A stretch of DNA of 64,000 bases from positions 2,068 through 66,067 of the forward strand of contig CAZKLT010000002.1 of the NCBI GenBank assembly GCA_964553825.1, given 5' to 3'. A model generated the notes under the pieces. That model worked only from the letters and a program-made list of their open reading frames with translations, was not told the DNA's origin and did no database searches. This DNA is from an uncultured Gammaproteobacteria bacterium (GTDB lineage Bacteria > Patescibacteriota > Microgenomatia > UBA10105 > UBA927). The translations under genes were made by a program, and so were the position numbers. Shown here piece by piece: positions 8,431 through 18,356 of this stretch; position 1 is the first letter of the stretch, and each line of letters opens with the position of its first letter.

Positions 8431-8753
8431 CAGTTGATTAACTTGCTCAATTCAGACAGAAGCGCTTCTTTGCTCTGAACACCGATAAACTGCTTCACTA
8501 CGGTTCCATTCTTGAATATCATGATGGTGGGAATGCTCATGATGCCGTATTGCTGAGCCGCATTCGGATTTTCATCAACATTCATCTTGCCAATTTTTGC
8601 TTTTTCCCCGACGGCGGCTGCCACTTCTTCAACAATCGGCCCCTGAACTTGGCACGGACCGCACCAAACCGCCCAAAAATCCACTAAAACCGGCTTATCC
8701 GACTTTAATACCTCAGTCTCAAAGTTTGCATCAGTAATCGTTACATCTGCCAT
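8430..8753 (-). CDS. trxA: thioredoxin
   Basis: WCGPC motif. Its stop overlaps the trxB start (TGATG). Confidence 0.9.
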   Translation of the reverse strand: MADVTITDANFETEVLKSDKPVLVDFWAVWCGPCQVQGPIVEEVAAAVGEKAKIGKMNVDENPNAAQQYGIMSIPTIMIFKNGTVVKQFIGVQSKEALLSELSKLIN

Positions 8754-8815
8754 ATCGTTCCCCTTTCAAGGATTACTACTCTATCACCAGTATATCATCT
8801 ACACAAGAGCAGGTA

Positions 8816-10831
8816 TTATGCAGCATTCCGTACCGCGATAAGATGATCAGCTATTTCCACAAGAAGCCGTTGCTTCCTTTTAGAATTCAGTCGATTGAGC
8901 GCAACGGCAATCATGAAAGATTCATACGAGGGGTGATTCATGTCCTTCAGAAGCCGTTGTAATTTTCTGTCTTCCTTGTTGGAAAAAATCGGCCGAAGAT
9001 GTCGCGGCAGTCGCCGGGACGATGCATGAAGGAGATTCCGCCGTTCATACAGGAGTTTTATCGCGGTAACGCCTCGTCCCACCAACTCATTGGTAATCAC
9101 GCGATCTTTTGAACGGGTCGCCATCCGCTCGCTCGCCACCTTAGTTAAGAGTGCTTTTTGAATCGTCTCCCGGGCGAGATTTGTGGTTGCCCACGAAAGG
9201 GCTGCGGGCACAAAATTATCGCGCGAGGGCACTTCTACCATGAGAATCTTGTCGCCATCCTTTAATGGTGCTGAAAGCGGTAAACCGGCGTACCTATCTT
9301 CTCTTTTGACGTGAACCGTATGTACTAAACGCGCTACAGTGGTTCCAAAGTAACATGCAGCGTCAAAGAGTGTTGCTCCCCGGGGAAATATGGCAGGCTT
9401 TCCGTCGTTTCCATACACCCGCACGAGCGGCTTATGAAGGTGACCGATAATTTCACGGACAATCTTCCCAAGGTTGTGATTGGATCCGGAAGCCACATCT
9501 GCAGGCCAGATTGCGTGCAGCTGGACAAAATTTTCATGCAGCATGGAAAACTCCCGAAGTGCATTTGAATCCTGCATTTCCCTACGAAACGGGTTAACCA
9601 CGGGTGTTAAATCTCTTGCAAACTGCTCATACGTCGCAAAACGTACCATGACGACACGCCCACGGACCATGGTCGGAATTTCCCCTATCCCTCCTTCCCG
9701 AACCGCTGTTTTAAATTGCCCCCATGCTCCCGGCGGGAATCTGAAGCGTTTATGAAGCACATCCCACCACGGTCGAACGGCGGACAGCAGTCTGTTTTCA
9801 TTATGCTCAGAGGCGGCCATGGGAATGGCGATGTTCACCAGCGGCGGAACCGTCGATGTAGCGTCAACGTCTTCCAGTTTGCTTCCAAACTCGCGAAGCG
9901 CGTGCCACCAGGACGGAGTAAATGCATACACATCCGGCTTCTCACTATGCGGACTTTTGTCAAACTCCTGACCGATCTCATACTCGATGAGATCAAGCTC
10001 ACTGCGGGGATATAAATCCAAGGTGTTTGCCTCCAATATCGCGGCTTTCTTTTGCGCATACACCGATAGAGCCCTGCGGGTCAATTCTTCCCGAAGCCAG
10101 TGCATACGCAGGCGGTCTGCCAGAGGGACATAGAGCTCGAGGGTTTCAAACGCCTTCCTGCCCATACTTCCCTTTTTAATGCTTTCGTTCAGTGTCAGAA
10201 AATAATCCAACCGGTCAGCCAGTTTTGTGATAACAACACGATAGTTATCCAGTGCCTCAAAAAGACGGTAATGCGTCATGATCGGAAGATTTGCCTCAAT
10301 GATGCCCGACTCTTCCTCCTGCCCCTGGCCGTCGCCATTGACTTTTCTCAGATACCGGGATTTTGCCTTTGAAACCGACTGAACAGCCCGCGCCATTGGT
10401 GCGCCAAATTCCTGCGCTACAGCTTCTGCGGTTATCACTGGATGATTTGAAATCGTCCAATACTTGTCGTCTTTGGTGTCTTCAATAATGTCATGTAAAA
10501 GACCGTGCTGGATATTAAATACGTCTCCTCCAACGGCAGCGATAATAATGGCGACCCGCTTGAAATGGGTGCTCGTAGGGGTTATGCCGTCTTTTCGCAT
10601 GTGGCCATGCATGTTGGTTGTCGCATAGGTATTTGCATGGTCAATCTGGTCTATTTCTTCCGCGGTAAATTCTCGCTCGCGGCAAACCTGAAAAAGGAGG
10701 GCATCATACTCTTCAGGCGTCGTGAGGCCTTCCAAACGCTGGATAATTTCCGGTCCCCGCTGGGATCCGACCTCTCGGACATATTCGAGAATTGCTTCCA
10801 TAACCGCGCGCGTAGCTTTTTTTGACGACAA
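8816..10831 (-). CDS. RelA/SpoT homologue (RSH): HD hydrolase domain + degenerate synthetase region + TGS domain
   Basis: HD motif HGLLHDIIEDT. KLADRL motif. TGS-like AIFPRGATLFDAACYFG...DGDKILMVEV. I could not find the synthetase catalytic motifs. Confidence 0.7.
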   Translation of the reverse strand: MSSKKATRAVMEAILEYVREVGSQRGPEIIQRLEGLTTPEEYDALLFQVCREREFTAEEIDQIDHANTYATTNMHGHMRKDGITPTSTHFKRVAIIIAAVGGDVFNIQHGLLHDIIEDTKDDKYWTISNHPVITAEAVAQEFGAPMARAVQSVSKAKSRYLRKVNGDGQGQEEESGIIEANLPIMTHYRLFEALDNYRVVITKLADRLDYFLTLNESIKKGSMGRKAFETLELYVPLADRLRMHWLREELTRRALSVYAQKKAAILEANTLDLYPRSELDLIEYEIGQEFDKSPHSEKPDVYAFTPSWWHALREFGSKLEDVDATSTVPPLVNIAIPMAASEHNENRLLSAVRPWWDVLHKRFRFPPGAWGQFKTAVREGGIGEIPTMVRGRVVMVRFATYEQFARDLTPVVNPFRREMQDSNALREFSMLHENFVQLHAIWPADVASGSNHNLGKIVREIIGHLHKPLVRVYGNDGKPAIFPRGATLFDAACYFGTTVARLVHTVHVKREDRYAGLPLSAPLKDGDKILMVEVPSRDNFVPAALSWATTNLARETIQKALLTKVASERMATRSKDRVITNELVGRGVTAIKLLYERRNLLHASSRRLPRHLRPIFSNKEDRKLQRLLKDMNHPSYESFMIAVALNRLNSKRKQRLLVEIADHLIAVRNAA

Positions 10832-10918
10832 AAAAACCCAAGGCGTGCTTGGGAATTGTTGCCAGGATCGTTAATTGTAGCACTCAGACGGGCTCTTTTT
10901 CAACTATAGGATATAGCC

Positions 10919-11464
10919 CTACTCCATTGTCTGCTCGGGGCCATGATCTCGCCAGTAATCGATAAAGGTCTCTATGCGTTTGGCGTCAAATTCGTCGAAT
11001 TTATCAATTCGGTTCCACGCGGTGAGGGCTATTTTTGTATCCAAAAGCGGTCGAGGCACGACAAGAAGTTTCCACACTTTCTTCTCTGTGGCCAGATCGG
11101 AAAGCTGTTTTACTAGCGTTTTACAGGCTTCCGTATCATTTGTCGCGCTTGCGGTTGCCTCTTTTTCTTGAGCTCCCGCATTACAGTTATAATTAATATT
11201 CACATATCCATGCTCAAGAGCATGGATAAGCTCGCCTTCTTTTTGGGGTTCTTCATAGATCTCCGCTTTTACCCAGGTTTCTACATGGGGTCCGCTCGTG
11301 GGAGGATTGCTGTTGTATGTGGTTTTGGAGACCTCATCTGCGCTCACATGCTGCCTGCCCTGATCAGCAACCGCAATACCGGGAGGAGGAGTCGCAAGAT
11401 ATCGCACAAACCAGATACTGCCGACGAGAAAAACGATACCGAGGATGATTTTCCACCAACTCAT
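10919..11464 (-). CDS. DUF3105-like membrane-anchored protein
   Basis: N-terminal TM helix. PPTSGPH and LEHGYV motifs. Confidence 0.55.
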   Translation of the reverse strand: MSWWKIILGIVFLVGSIWFVRYLATPPPGIAVADQGRQHVSADEVSKTTYNSNPPTSGPHVETWVKAEIYEEPQKEGELIHALEHGYVNINYNCNAGAQEKEATASATNDTEACKTLVKQLSDLATEKKVWKLLVVPRPLLDTKIALTAWNRIDKFDEFDAKRIETFIDYWRDHGPEQTME

Positions 11465-11468
11465 GACT

Positions 11469-11675
11469 CTACGAAGATATCACACTGTACCCTGCTTTGG
11501 CTACCACGGTTTCTATCGTATCTTCCGCAACCGTCTTGGGGTCATATTCAACTTCAAGCGTTTCTTTTGCATAACTGCAGCGCGCCCGGACGCCCGCATC
11601 TTCCAGGTCGCCCTCAATAACAAGCGCACAGCTGGTACAGTGCATTCCTTTTATTTTGTACGTTTTTTTCGTCAT
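11469..11675 (-). CDS. copZ: copper chaperone CopZ (HMA domain)
   Basis: 68 aa. GMHCTSCA metal-binding motif. Confidence 0.85.
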   Translation of the reverse strand: MTKKTYKIKGMHCTSCALVIEGDLEDAGVRARCSYAKETLEVEYDPKTVAEDTIETVVAKAGYSVISS

Positions 11676-11677
11676 GA

Positions 11678-12691
11678 TTATGGAATCACATTGAATGAAC
11701 CGGTAAACATGCCCATGCTACAGGCAAATGCCAGCCTCCCCTCTTTCTTCGGGGTAAACTCAATAACCTCTTTGTCATTCTCTTGCAGAACTTTCGAAAT
11801 ATTTAAATCGGGTATGGTAAACGCGCGGGCGCATCCTTTTGCTCCGTTGGCCGCAAGTGTCAGGCGGACCGGAATGTTTCTTCTCAGTGTCGTTGCAGAC
11901 GCGGTATATCCCCGATCGGTAACGTCAATGGTTACTTCCTGCGTACCATTGGCATCTACAGCAGCCAGGTGTGCCTTTCCCGCTAATTGATCTGGATCTA
12001 ATGTGGCTGCTGCCACAAGATTATCCCAGGTATAAAACGAACCACGAAGCCCCATGCCACCGTTAATAGACAGAAGCGCAAATATGACAACGACGCTCGC
12101 GGCTACATAAGCGAAAACGCGGCGCTCAAGAAGCTTTACCAGCGAAGCCCCGAGAGCAAAAAATAATGGACTTGTTCCCAGCACGAAGGCGCCCATGATG
12201 GCCGCTCCCATGAGAGGGCTTCCCGACGCAACGGCCACGGCCATAGTGGCCTGTGTGACGCCACAGGGCATAAGGACGGTAAATAATCCAAGCAGTGCCG
12301 GCCCAAATAAGGACGCGTTTTTGCTTTGATTGCGCAGGAGTCTATACGCCCACCGTGGAGGCTGGATAACGGCATATCTGAAAATCGGGTGGAGATCCAG
12401 CAGGCGCGCAGCCGTTGCTAACATATAGAGCCCAACAGCAATCTGTAAACTCCCCAATATTTTTGGAGACAGCATGAGTGATGAGCCGAGCATCCCAAGA
12501 AGATATCCTAATAGGATATAGGCAAGAAGCTTTGCCGCCAAAAAGACGGCCACATACTGCCACCGCCCTGTCGTATCATCTTCTCCCCGGACGGAGGCGA
12601 TTGATGACGCAAGGAGTCCGCCCTGCACTGCAAGACACGAAATGCCGCCGGTGGTTAACCCTGTGAGAAATGCGACCCAGATGAGATTCAT
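11678..12691 (-). CDS. polytopic membrane protein with a C-terminal cupredoxin-like domain
   Basis: Multiple TM helices. The C-terminal beta-rich domain ends FACSMGMFTGSFNV. Start is ambiguous: TTG at 12709 or ATG at 12691. Confidence 0.5.
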   Translation of the reverse strand: MNLIWVAFLTGLTTGGISCLAVQGGLLASSIASVRGEDDTTGRWQYVAVFLAAKLLAYILLGYLLGMLGSSLMLSPKILGSLQIAVGLYMLATAARLLDLHPIFRYAVIQPPRWAYRLLRNQSKNASLFGPALLGLFTVLMPCGVTQATMAVAVASGSPLMGAAIMGAFVLGTSPLFFALGASLVKLLERRVFAYVAASVVVIFALLSINGGMGLRGSFYTWDNLVAAATLDPDQLAGKAHLAAVDANGTQEVTIDVTDRGYTASATTLRRNIPVRLTLAANGAKGCARAFTIPDLNISKVLQENDKEVIEFTPKKEGRLAFACSMGMFTGSFNVIP

Positions 12692-12713
12692 ACCTTGATA
12701 GTATACCAAACGC

Positions 12714-12770
12714 TTGACAGATCCAACGTATGGTTGTATTCTCTTTATATCCCCTATGGGGGGATTAAGT
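12714..12770 (+). promoter_or_regulatory. csoR promoter (TTGACA, 17-nt spacer, TATTCT) plus a GC-rich palindrome ATCCCCTATGGGGGGAT (candidate CsoR operator)
   Basis: TTGACA at 12714-12719, spacer, TATTCT at 12737-12742. The palindrome at about 12752-12768 lies between the -10 and the RBS (AAGAGGA). Confidence 0.4.
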
Positions 12771-12783
12771 CAAGAGGACGCAT

Positions 12784-13062
12784 ATGCCGAAAGGAATACC
12801 ACGAGATCAATCAACGAAACGCGCGGTACTCCACCGCCTGAAAATTGTCCGGGGACATCTGGACCGGGTGGTGGCGATGGTAGAATCCGGTGAGTACTGC
12901 GTGGATGTTATTCATCAGTCACTGGCTGTCCAGGCAGCTCTCAAGTCTATAGATGAAGCAATTCTCCAAAATCATATGGAAACCTGTGTTGCAGAGGAAA
13001 TCCGTAAAGGAAATACAAAGGAAGTAATAAAGGAAGTAATGAAAGTAATGAAGAAGAAATAA
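12784..13062 (+). CDS. csoR: CsoR/RcnR-family metal-sensing repressor
   Basis: 92 aa. GHLDRVVAMVESGEYCVDVIHQSLAVQAAL signature. Confidence 0.85.
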   Translation: MPKGIPRDQSTKRAVLHRLKIVRGHLDRVVAMVESGEYCVDVIHQSLAVQAALKSIDEAILQNHMETCVAEEIRKGNTKEVIKEVMKVMKKK

Positions 13063-13071
13063 GGAGGCTCT

Positions 13072-13635
13072 ATGAAACAACCGATCGTACTTACGTATTC
13101 ATTGCTCTGTATCGCGCTCATCATGGGAATGGCCGCAGGCTATGCCCTTTCCCCCGGCTATCCTGACCAAATGCTCCAAGAAAAATCCATGAGTTTGGGC
13201 CCTGTTGATCGTTGGTTTGATGCACGGTATATTGATGCGATGGCGGCTCATCACCGAGGCGCGATGCTTCTTGCCCAGCAGGCAAAAGGTCAAAGCACGC
13301 GCCACGAAATCCTGGGCCTGGCACAGGAAATCCTTACCAATGAGCCGAAGCTTATCGAGGAACTGTACGGCTGGAAACGCGCATGGTACAAAGACAACCG
13401 TCAAGCCAAGGATCCGATAGTCGCGAATCTTGCAACCTATGACGAAAAATTTGATCTTCGATTTCTTAATGCACTTATTGCCCATCACGAAGCGGGTATC
13501 GCCATGACGCAGGAAACCCGCATGAAATCATCAAACAAGGACGTACTTAACAATGCGGATGCGGTTGAAAATTTTCTCAGAACAACAATGGGTACGCTCA
13601 AAGAGTGGCGAAAAGCCTGGTATCAGGTGGAATAA
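13072..13635 (+). CDS. DUF305 family protein
   Basis: Two HH-containing helices (MAAHHRGAMLLAQ, LIAHHEAGIAMTQ). Confidence 0.7.
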   Translation: MKQPIVLTYSLLCIALIMGMAAGYALSPGYPDQMLQEKSMSLGPVDRWFDARYIDAMAAHHRGAMLLAQQAKGQSTRHEILGLAQEILTNEPKLIEELYGWKRAWYKDNRQAKDPIVANLATYDEKFDLRFLNALIAHHEAGIAMTQETRMKSSNKDVLNNADAVENFLRTTMGTLKEWRKAWYQVE

Positions 13636-13638
13636 CCT

Positions 13639-15930
13639 ATGACAGAAACAACACAAACCTTTACAGTTCGCGGCATGCACTGCGCAAGCTGCAGCACCCT
13701 GATCAAACGACGGCTGGGCAAACTCTCTGGCGTAACACATGCTGATGTTTCCTATGCGGCAGAAACGGCGTCCGTCACGTTTAATCCACAACACGTTGGC
13801 GTGGATGCTATGAATGCAGAAATCGGGAAATTAGGATACCATCTTACTTCCACAGCGCAGTCTCACCCGAAACAGATACCAACCCATGGGAATGATCATG
13901 CAGCGCATACCGGCATGACACAAACAGCAGACGAGAAGCAGGCCGAGCTTCAGCAACTCAAAGAGAAAACTGCGTTTATTTTTCCATTGGCACTGTTGAT
14001 TTTTGCGGTAATGATTTGGGATATCGCAGCCATGTTTTCCTGGCTTCCTCCGTTCCCTATTCCCATGGCGGTATTTAATCCTATTGCTTTTGCTATTGCC
14101 TCTGTTGCGTTGTTTTGGACCGGCAAACCATACATTGATGCGGTGGGCAGGTTTATCCGGTACCGCGCGGCAAATATGGACACGCTTGTTGGTATCGGGA
14201 CATTAACCGCCTACCTGTATAGCGCAGCGTTTCTCCTCTTCCCTCAGATACACCGTTTTCTCAGTGTCCCTGAGGGACTCTATTTTGATGTGACGATTGT
14301 GGTTATTGGGTTCATCACCCTCGGAAAATTCTTAGAAGCACGCTCAAAACTCCAGACCGGTGAAGCCATTGAAAAACTTATCCATTTATCTGCAAAAAGT
14401 GCACTCGTTCTGAGAAACGGGAAGGAAATGGAAATCCCCGTTGAGGAGGTTCTCGTTGGAGATATTCTTATTATTAAACCCGGGCAAAAGATTCCCGTAG
14501 ACGCCACGATCACACGGGGCACCACTGCAATCGACGAATCTATGATCACGGGTGAACCGCTTCCGGTTGATAAGAAACCCGGTGACACCATTATTGGTGC
14601 GACCATCAATTCCTATGGTTCGATCCAAGCGACGGCAATCAAGGTTGGCAGCGATACCATGCTCGCGCACATTATTCAGATGGTTCGCGATGCCCAGAGC
14701 TCCAAAGCGCCGATTGAACGATTGGCTGACACCGTTTCTTCCGTCTTTGTTCCGGTCATTCTCGTCTTATCCATCCTGACGCTTGTATTCTGGTTTTTCA
14801 TGGGAAATATTTCCCTGGGCATTCTCTCGTTTGTTGGAATCCTTGTTATCGCATGTCCGTGCGCCATGGGACTGGCAACCCCGACTGCGATCATCGTGGG
14901 AGTAGGAAAAGCCGCCGAGCAGGGCATCCTTATCAAGAACGCGGAAAGCCTGGAGAAACTCTCCTCCGTTTCAACCATCGTTCTGGATAAAACGGGAACA
15001 ATTACGGAAGGCAAACCGTCGGTTACAGACATTACGCCGGTTGCTGCAAGGGGGAAATCTCGCGTACTTTCGCTTCTGGCATCGCTTGAGAACCTCTCAG
15101 AACACCCGCTGGCGCATGCAATCGTGCATAAGGCAAAAGAGCAGAACCTTCCCCTCTCTCCCGTTTCACGCTTTACGGCGATAAGCGGGAAGGGCCTTGC
15201 GGGGGATATTCAGAGAAAGACCTATTATGCCGGCAACACCAAGCTTGCCTCCGATCTGGGTATTTCCTGGGACAAAGCGATTGTCGATGCGTTTGCCAGT
15301 GAAGGGAAAACACCCATACTTCTCATGAGCAAAACTGATCTATTGGCATATGTGGCGCTTGCTGACACCTTAAAAAAGAACGTAAAAGAAACCATGCAGG
15401 ACCTGCACCGTATGCATCTGACCGTCACGATGCTTACCGGTGACTCTGAAAAAACAGCGCGGGCGATCGCTAGACAGGCAGGCATCGATACGGTTATTGC
15501 TGAAGTACTTCCTGCCGACAAAGCCAGTGAAATCAAGAAGCTTCAGACGCAGGGGCAACGGGTCGTCATGGTAGGAGACGGTATCAATGATGCTCCTGCC
15601 CTCGCCACCGCCGATGTTGGCATTGCCATGGGGACAGGCACCGATGTAGCGATTGAATCGGCGGGCATAACACTGCTGGGCGGCACTATTACCAAACTTC
15701 CGCGCGCGGTTGCCCTCGCACGGCTTACGATGCGCACGATCAAACAAAATCTCTTTTGGGCGTTCTTCTACAACGTCGTGAGTATTCCTGTTGCTGCCGG
15801 AGTGCTGTATCCCATTTTAGGCATTATGCTTAATCCTGCCATTGCCGGTGCGGCCATGGCCCTTAGTTCCGTATCTGTCGTTGCCAATTCGCTTCGCCTT
15901 AAATCCGCCCGTATCACTAATCCCTATTGA
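13639..15930 (+). CDS. copA: copper-translocating P1B-type ATPase
   Basis: N-terminal HMA domain (GMHCASCS). CPC, DKTGTIT and GDGINDAPAL motifs. Confidence 0.95.
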   Translation: MTETTQTFTVRGMHCASCSTLIKRRLGKLSGVTHADVSYAAETASVTFNPQHVGVDAMNAEIGKLGYHLTSTAQSHPKQIPTHGNDHAAHTGMTQTADEKQAELQQLKEKTAFIFPLALLIFAVMIWDIAAMFSWLPPFPIPMAVFNPIAFAIASVALFWTGKPYIDAVGRFIRYRAANMDTLVGIGTLTAYLYSAAFLLFPQIHRFLSVPEGLYFDVTIVVIGFITLGKFLEARSKLQTGEAIEKLIHLSAKSALVLRNGKEMEIPVEEVLVGDILIIKPGQKIPVDATITRGTTAIDESMITGEPLPVDKKPGDTIIGATINSYGSIQATAIKVGSDTMLAHIIQMVRDAQSSKAPIERLADTVSSVFVPVILVLSILTLVFWFFMGNISLGILSFVGILVIACPCAMGLATPTAIIVGVGKAAEQGILIKNAESLEKLSSVSTIVLDKTGTITEGKPSVTDITPVAARGKSRVLSLLASLENLSEHPLAHAIVHKAKEQNLPLSPVSRFTAISGKGLAGDIQRKTYYAGNTKLASDLGISWDKAIVDAFASEGKTPILLMSKTDLLAYVALADTLKKNVKETMQDLHRMHLTVTMLTGDSEKTARAIARQAGIDTVIAEVLPADKASEIKKLQTQGQRVVMVGDGINDAPALATADVGIAMGTGTDVAIESAGITLLGGTITKLPRAVALARLTMRTIKQNLFWAFFYNVVSIPVAAGVLYPILGIMLNPAIAGAAMALSSVSVVANSLRLKSARITNPY

Positions 15931-15972
15931 TCTTGGCTTCCTAAGCGCGCACAATGACATTAAGGAGGGACT

Positions 15973-16383
15973 ATGGACAGCAAATCAATGCTATACGGCA
16001 TCATCGGACTGTTTGTTGGTGCGGGTATAACCATGTATCTCGCCAGCTGGGCGGTCAATTCCGGAAATACGGATATGATGAGTACGATGGGCATGCGTGG
16101 TATTCAGACACCATCAACACAACCGGCGCCGCACGGTAATATGGGAATGGGCTCAAGTATGGATGACATGATGAAATCTCTTGATGGAAAAACGGGAGAC
16201 GCGTTTGACAAAGCATTCCTGGATGCGATGATCGTGCACCACGAGGGCGCAATCGATATGGCGAAAATTGCTCAAAATGGCGCAGAGCACGCTGAAATCA
16301 AGACACTTGCCGGAGAGATTATCACTGCGCAAACGAAAGAAATCCAGATGATGCGCCAGTGGCAAACACAGTGGGGATACTAA
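15973..16383 (+). CDS. DUF305 family protein with a Met-rich N-terminal region
   Basis: MIVHHEGAIDMAK motif. Met-rich stretch MMSTMGMRG...MGMGSSMDDMM. Confidence 0.7.
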   Translation: MDSKSMLYGIIGLFVGAGITMYLASWAVNSGNTDMMSTMGMRGIQTPSTQPAPHGNMGMGSSMDDMMKSLDGKTGDAFDKAFLDAMIVHHEGAIDMAKIAQNGAEHAEIKTLAGEIITAQTKEIQMMRQWQTQWGY

Positions 16384-16389
16384 TCCCGA

Positions 16390-16836
16390 TTACTCTACGA
16401 TAAGCGTGCCCACCATACCGTTTGCACGGTGCTGACCCACGCTACAGTAGAATTCATACGTCCCCGCTTTGTCAGCGACGAACGTGAGCGTGTCGGTCTC
16501 CCCATTTTTAATCTGCTTTGTTGCCGCGTCAAATTCATCAACAACCCAGTCATGCGGCATTTTCCCGCTGTTTGTTAAATTGATAGTCACCGTGTCTCCC
16601 TCTTTTACGGTGATGGTTTTCTGATCATACCCGAACTCAAAACTATCAATCGTGAATTCTTTTCCTGCCTCGGGCACAGCCGCGTCTGAACCAACCATCA
16701 TTTCATTTCCCGTTGGCCCCTTGGTACCACCGGCGGGCATCGTACTCTCAAGAGAAGCCGGTGACTTTTGGGTCATGAAGTAATATGCGCCACCAACGAC
16801 TACCACAAGAAGAAAGACCATGAGTATTTTATTCAT
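16390..16836 (-). CDS. secreted cupredoxin (plastocyanin/azurin-like blue copper protein)
   Basis: Copper ligands H..C..H..M in PHDWVV ... YEFYCSVGQHRANGM. N-terminal TM/signal segment. Confidence 0.8.
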   Translation of the reverse strand: MNKILMVFLLVVVVGGAYYFMTQKSPASLESTMPAGGTKGPTGNEMMVGSDAAVPEAGKEFTIDSFEFGYDQKTITVKEGDTVTINLTNSGKMPHDWVVDEFDAATKQIKNGETDTLTFVADKAGTYEFYCSVGQHRANGMVGTLIVE

Positions 16837-16974
16837 ATACCGTTACCCTACTATATCGCTTCGTCTTTGTAAAGCGTATTACAAAATCTTATTCATAAAT
16901 TTACCACCTCTTGGTGTCCGGGAGCACTGATACCAAACGCGGAAGATGATTTGCTGGTAGAGTTACTATCTCCC

Positions 16975-17601
16975 ATGAAAACAACACCACTTGCCTCATC
17001 TCACCCGCATCCTGCATTTGCCCCGCGGGAAACAATACCCGAACCCTTGCGCGAGCATTCGTCCGGAAAAAAAAGTCACACACCGCTTTGGCAGGTCTTT
17101 CTTCTACTCGTGGCGCTGTTTTTTTTGGGAGCCAACACAATACTCTTTGCCTATCTGAATTGGAAAACAAAACTCCTTGTGGATGAGAAGAACGTACCCA
17201 CCATAACACCCACAGCATTTCGCACGCCAACCCCTACTTCAACCCCGTACCCCCTACCACAGGGAATACAATCATTCAACATCAATTACAGCACATCAGC
17301 GACAGGTCCAAAACTGGAAAAGGTTTTTGTCGATCCGTTTGACCCACAGCTCGATATGCACCAACGTATTACAATCGCCGCCTCTCATACTCACCCCATC
17401 GGTGCAGTCGCCCTCACGTTGTCATCCGATCACAAAGAAGCCACATATAGCATGGAGCGGATAAGCGGTACTGACACACAGGGTGTTTGGCAAACGACAA
17501 TTACTACCGACGATACGCACTTGTACCGCTACTACGTGTTTTTTAGCATTGAGAGCCAAACTGGTTCCTTCAACGGAGGACTCACGTTTCGCGCATACTA
17601 A
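16975..17601 (+). CDS. hypothetical membrane-anchored protein (Pro/Thr-rich linker)
   Basis: ORF with one TM segment. I recognise no domain. The start codon is uncertain. Confidence 0.4.
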   Translation: MKTTPLASSHPHPAFAPRETIPEPLREHSSGKKSHTPLWQVFLLLVALFFLGANTILFAYLNWKTKLLVDEKNVPTITPTAFRTPTPTSTPYPLPQGIQSFNINYSTSATGPKLEKVFVDPFDPQLDMHQRITIAASHTHPIGAVALTLSSDHKEATYSMERISGTDTQGVWQTTITTDDTHLYRYYVFFSIESQTGSFNGGLTFRAY

Positions 17602-17603
17602 CA

Positions 17604-18356
17604 ATGAAACATGTCTCAATTAGCTTAATCATCTGCGCATTTTTCCTAATATTCGCTGCACAAAAGCATCCGGCGTTCGCAGAAACCTGCTCCCCGCCTC
17701 AAGCCGGAAATCTTGAACTAACTGCCGATTGTTCATTTGCAGGCATTGTCAACGGCGTGGATTCGGGCACCGGTGATACAAACGATGCAATTCTTACCAT
17801 CAGTGCGGGCATTTTAACCATCATGCCAGGACAGACGATCGCCTTCGGTTCGCTTATCCTCAACGGCGGCGCTATCGCTATTCCAGCAAACAGTTCACTT
17901 CTCTTGCCGGGTGCTTCGCTCTGGATGACCGATTCGGATGCTGATGGATTCCCCGAAAGCACCGATCAAATTGCCGCCACAGAGAATCCGGGCCTCGGGA
18001 CTAGGCGCAGAGCAGGACTCAACGATATAAACACCGCAGATTGCTATGATGGAAATCCGGATGTCTTTGTGGGTCAAACGCTGTTTTTTTCCGTCGACCG
18101 CGGCGACGGGAGTTTTGACTACGACTGTGATGGCGACATCATCAAGCAGCGGGATATCTGCTCCTGTGGGTGCACCAATCTATGCCTTGCTATTCCGGAA
18201 TGTGTCGCCACCGATGTCACGGCAGAGGCAACGGATTGCGGAGCTACCGGAATAAATGCTGGACCCGTAGACTGCACGCGGTCAGACGATATCTACGGGA
18301 ATTGTGTTGCCTGTACAGGCTCGGGGACCACGGAAACCACTATGACATGCCGTTAA
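17604..18356 (+). CDS. secreted Cys-rich hypothetical protein
   Basis: Signal peptide. C-terminal region with 14 Cys (CSCGCTNLC..CVACTG). Its start is 2 nt after the upstream stop. Confidence 0.5.
   Translation: MKHVSISLIICAFFLIFAAQKHPAFAETCSPPQAGNLELTADCSFAGIVNGVDSGTGDTNDAILTISAGILTIMPGQTIAFGSLILNGGAIAIPANSSLLLPGASLWMTDSDADGFPESTDQIAATENPGLGTRRRAGLNDINTADCYDGNPDVFVGQTLFFSVDRGDGSFDYDCDGDIIKQRDICSCGCTNLCLAIPECVATDVTAEATDCGATGINAGPVDCTRSDDIYGNCVACTGSGTTETTMTCR

Noticed and set aside
14280-15747. Multiple antisense ORFs inside copA (14280-14609, 14386-14670, 15370-15747 and others)
   Set aside because: They are embedded antisense in a strongly supported long gene and are typical of GC-balanced sequence.
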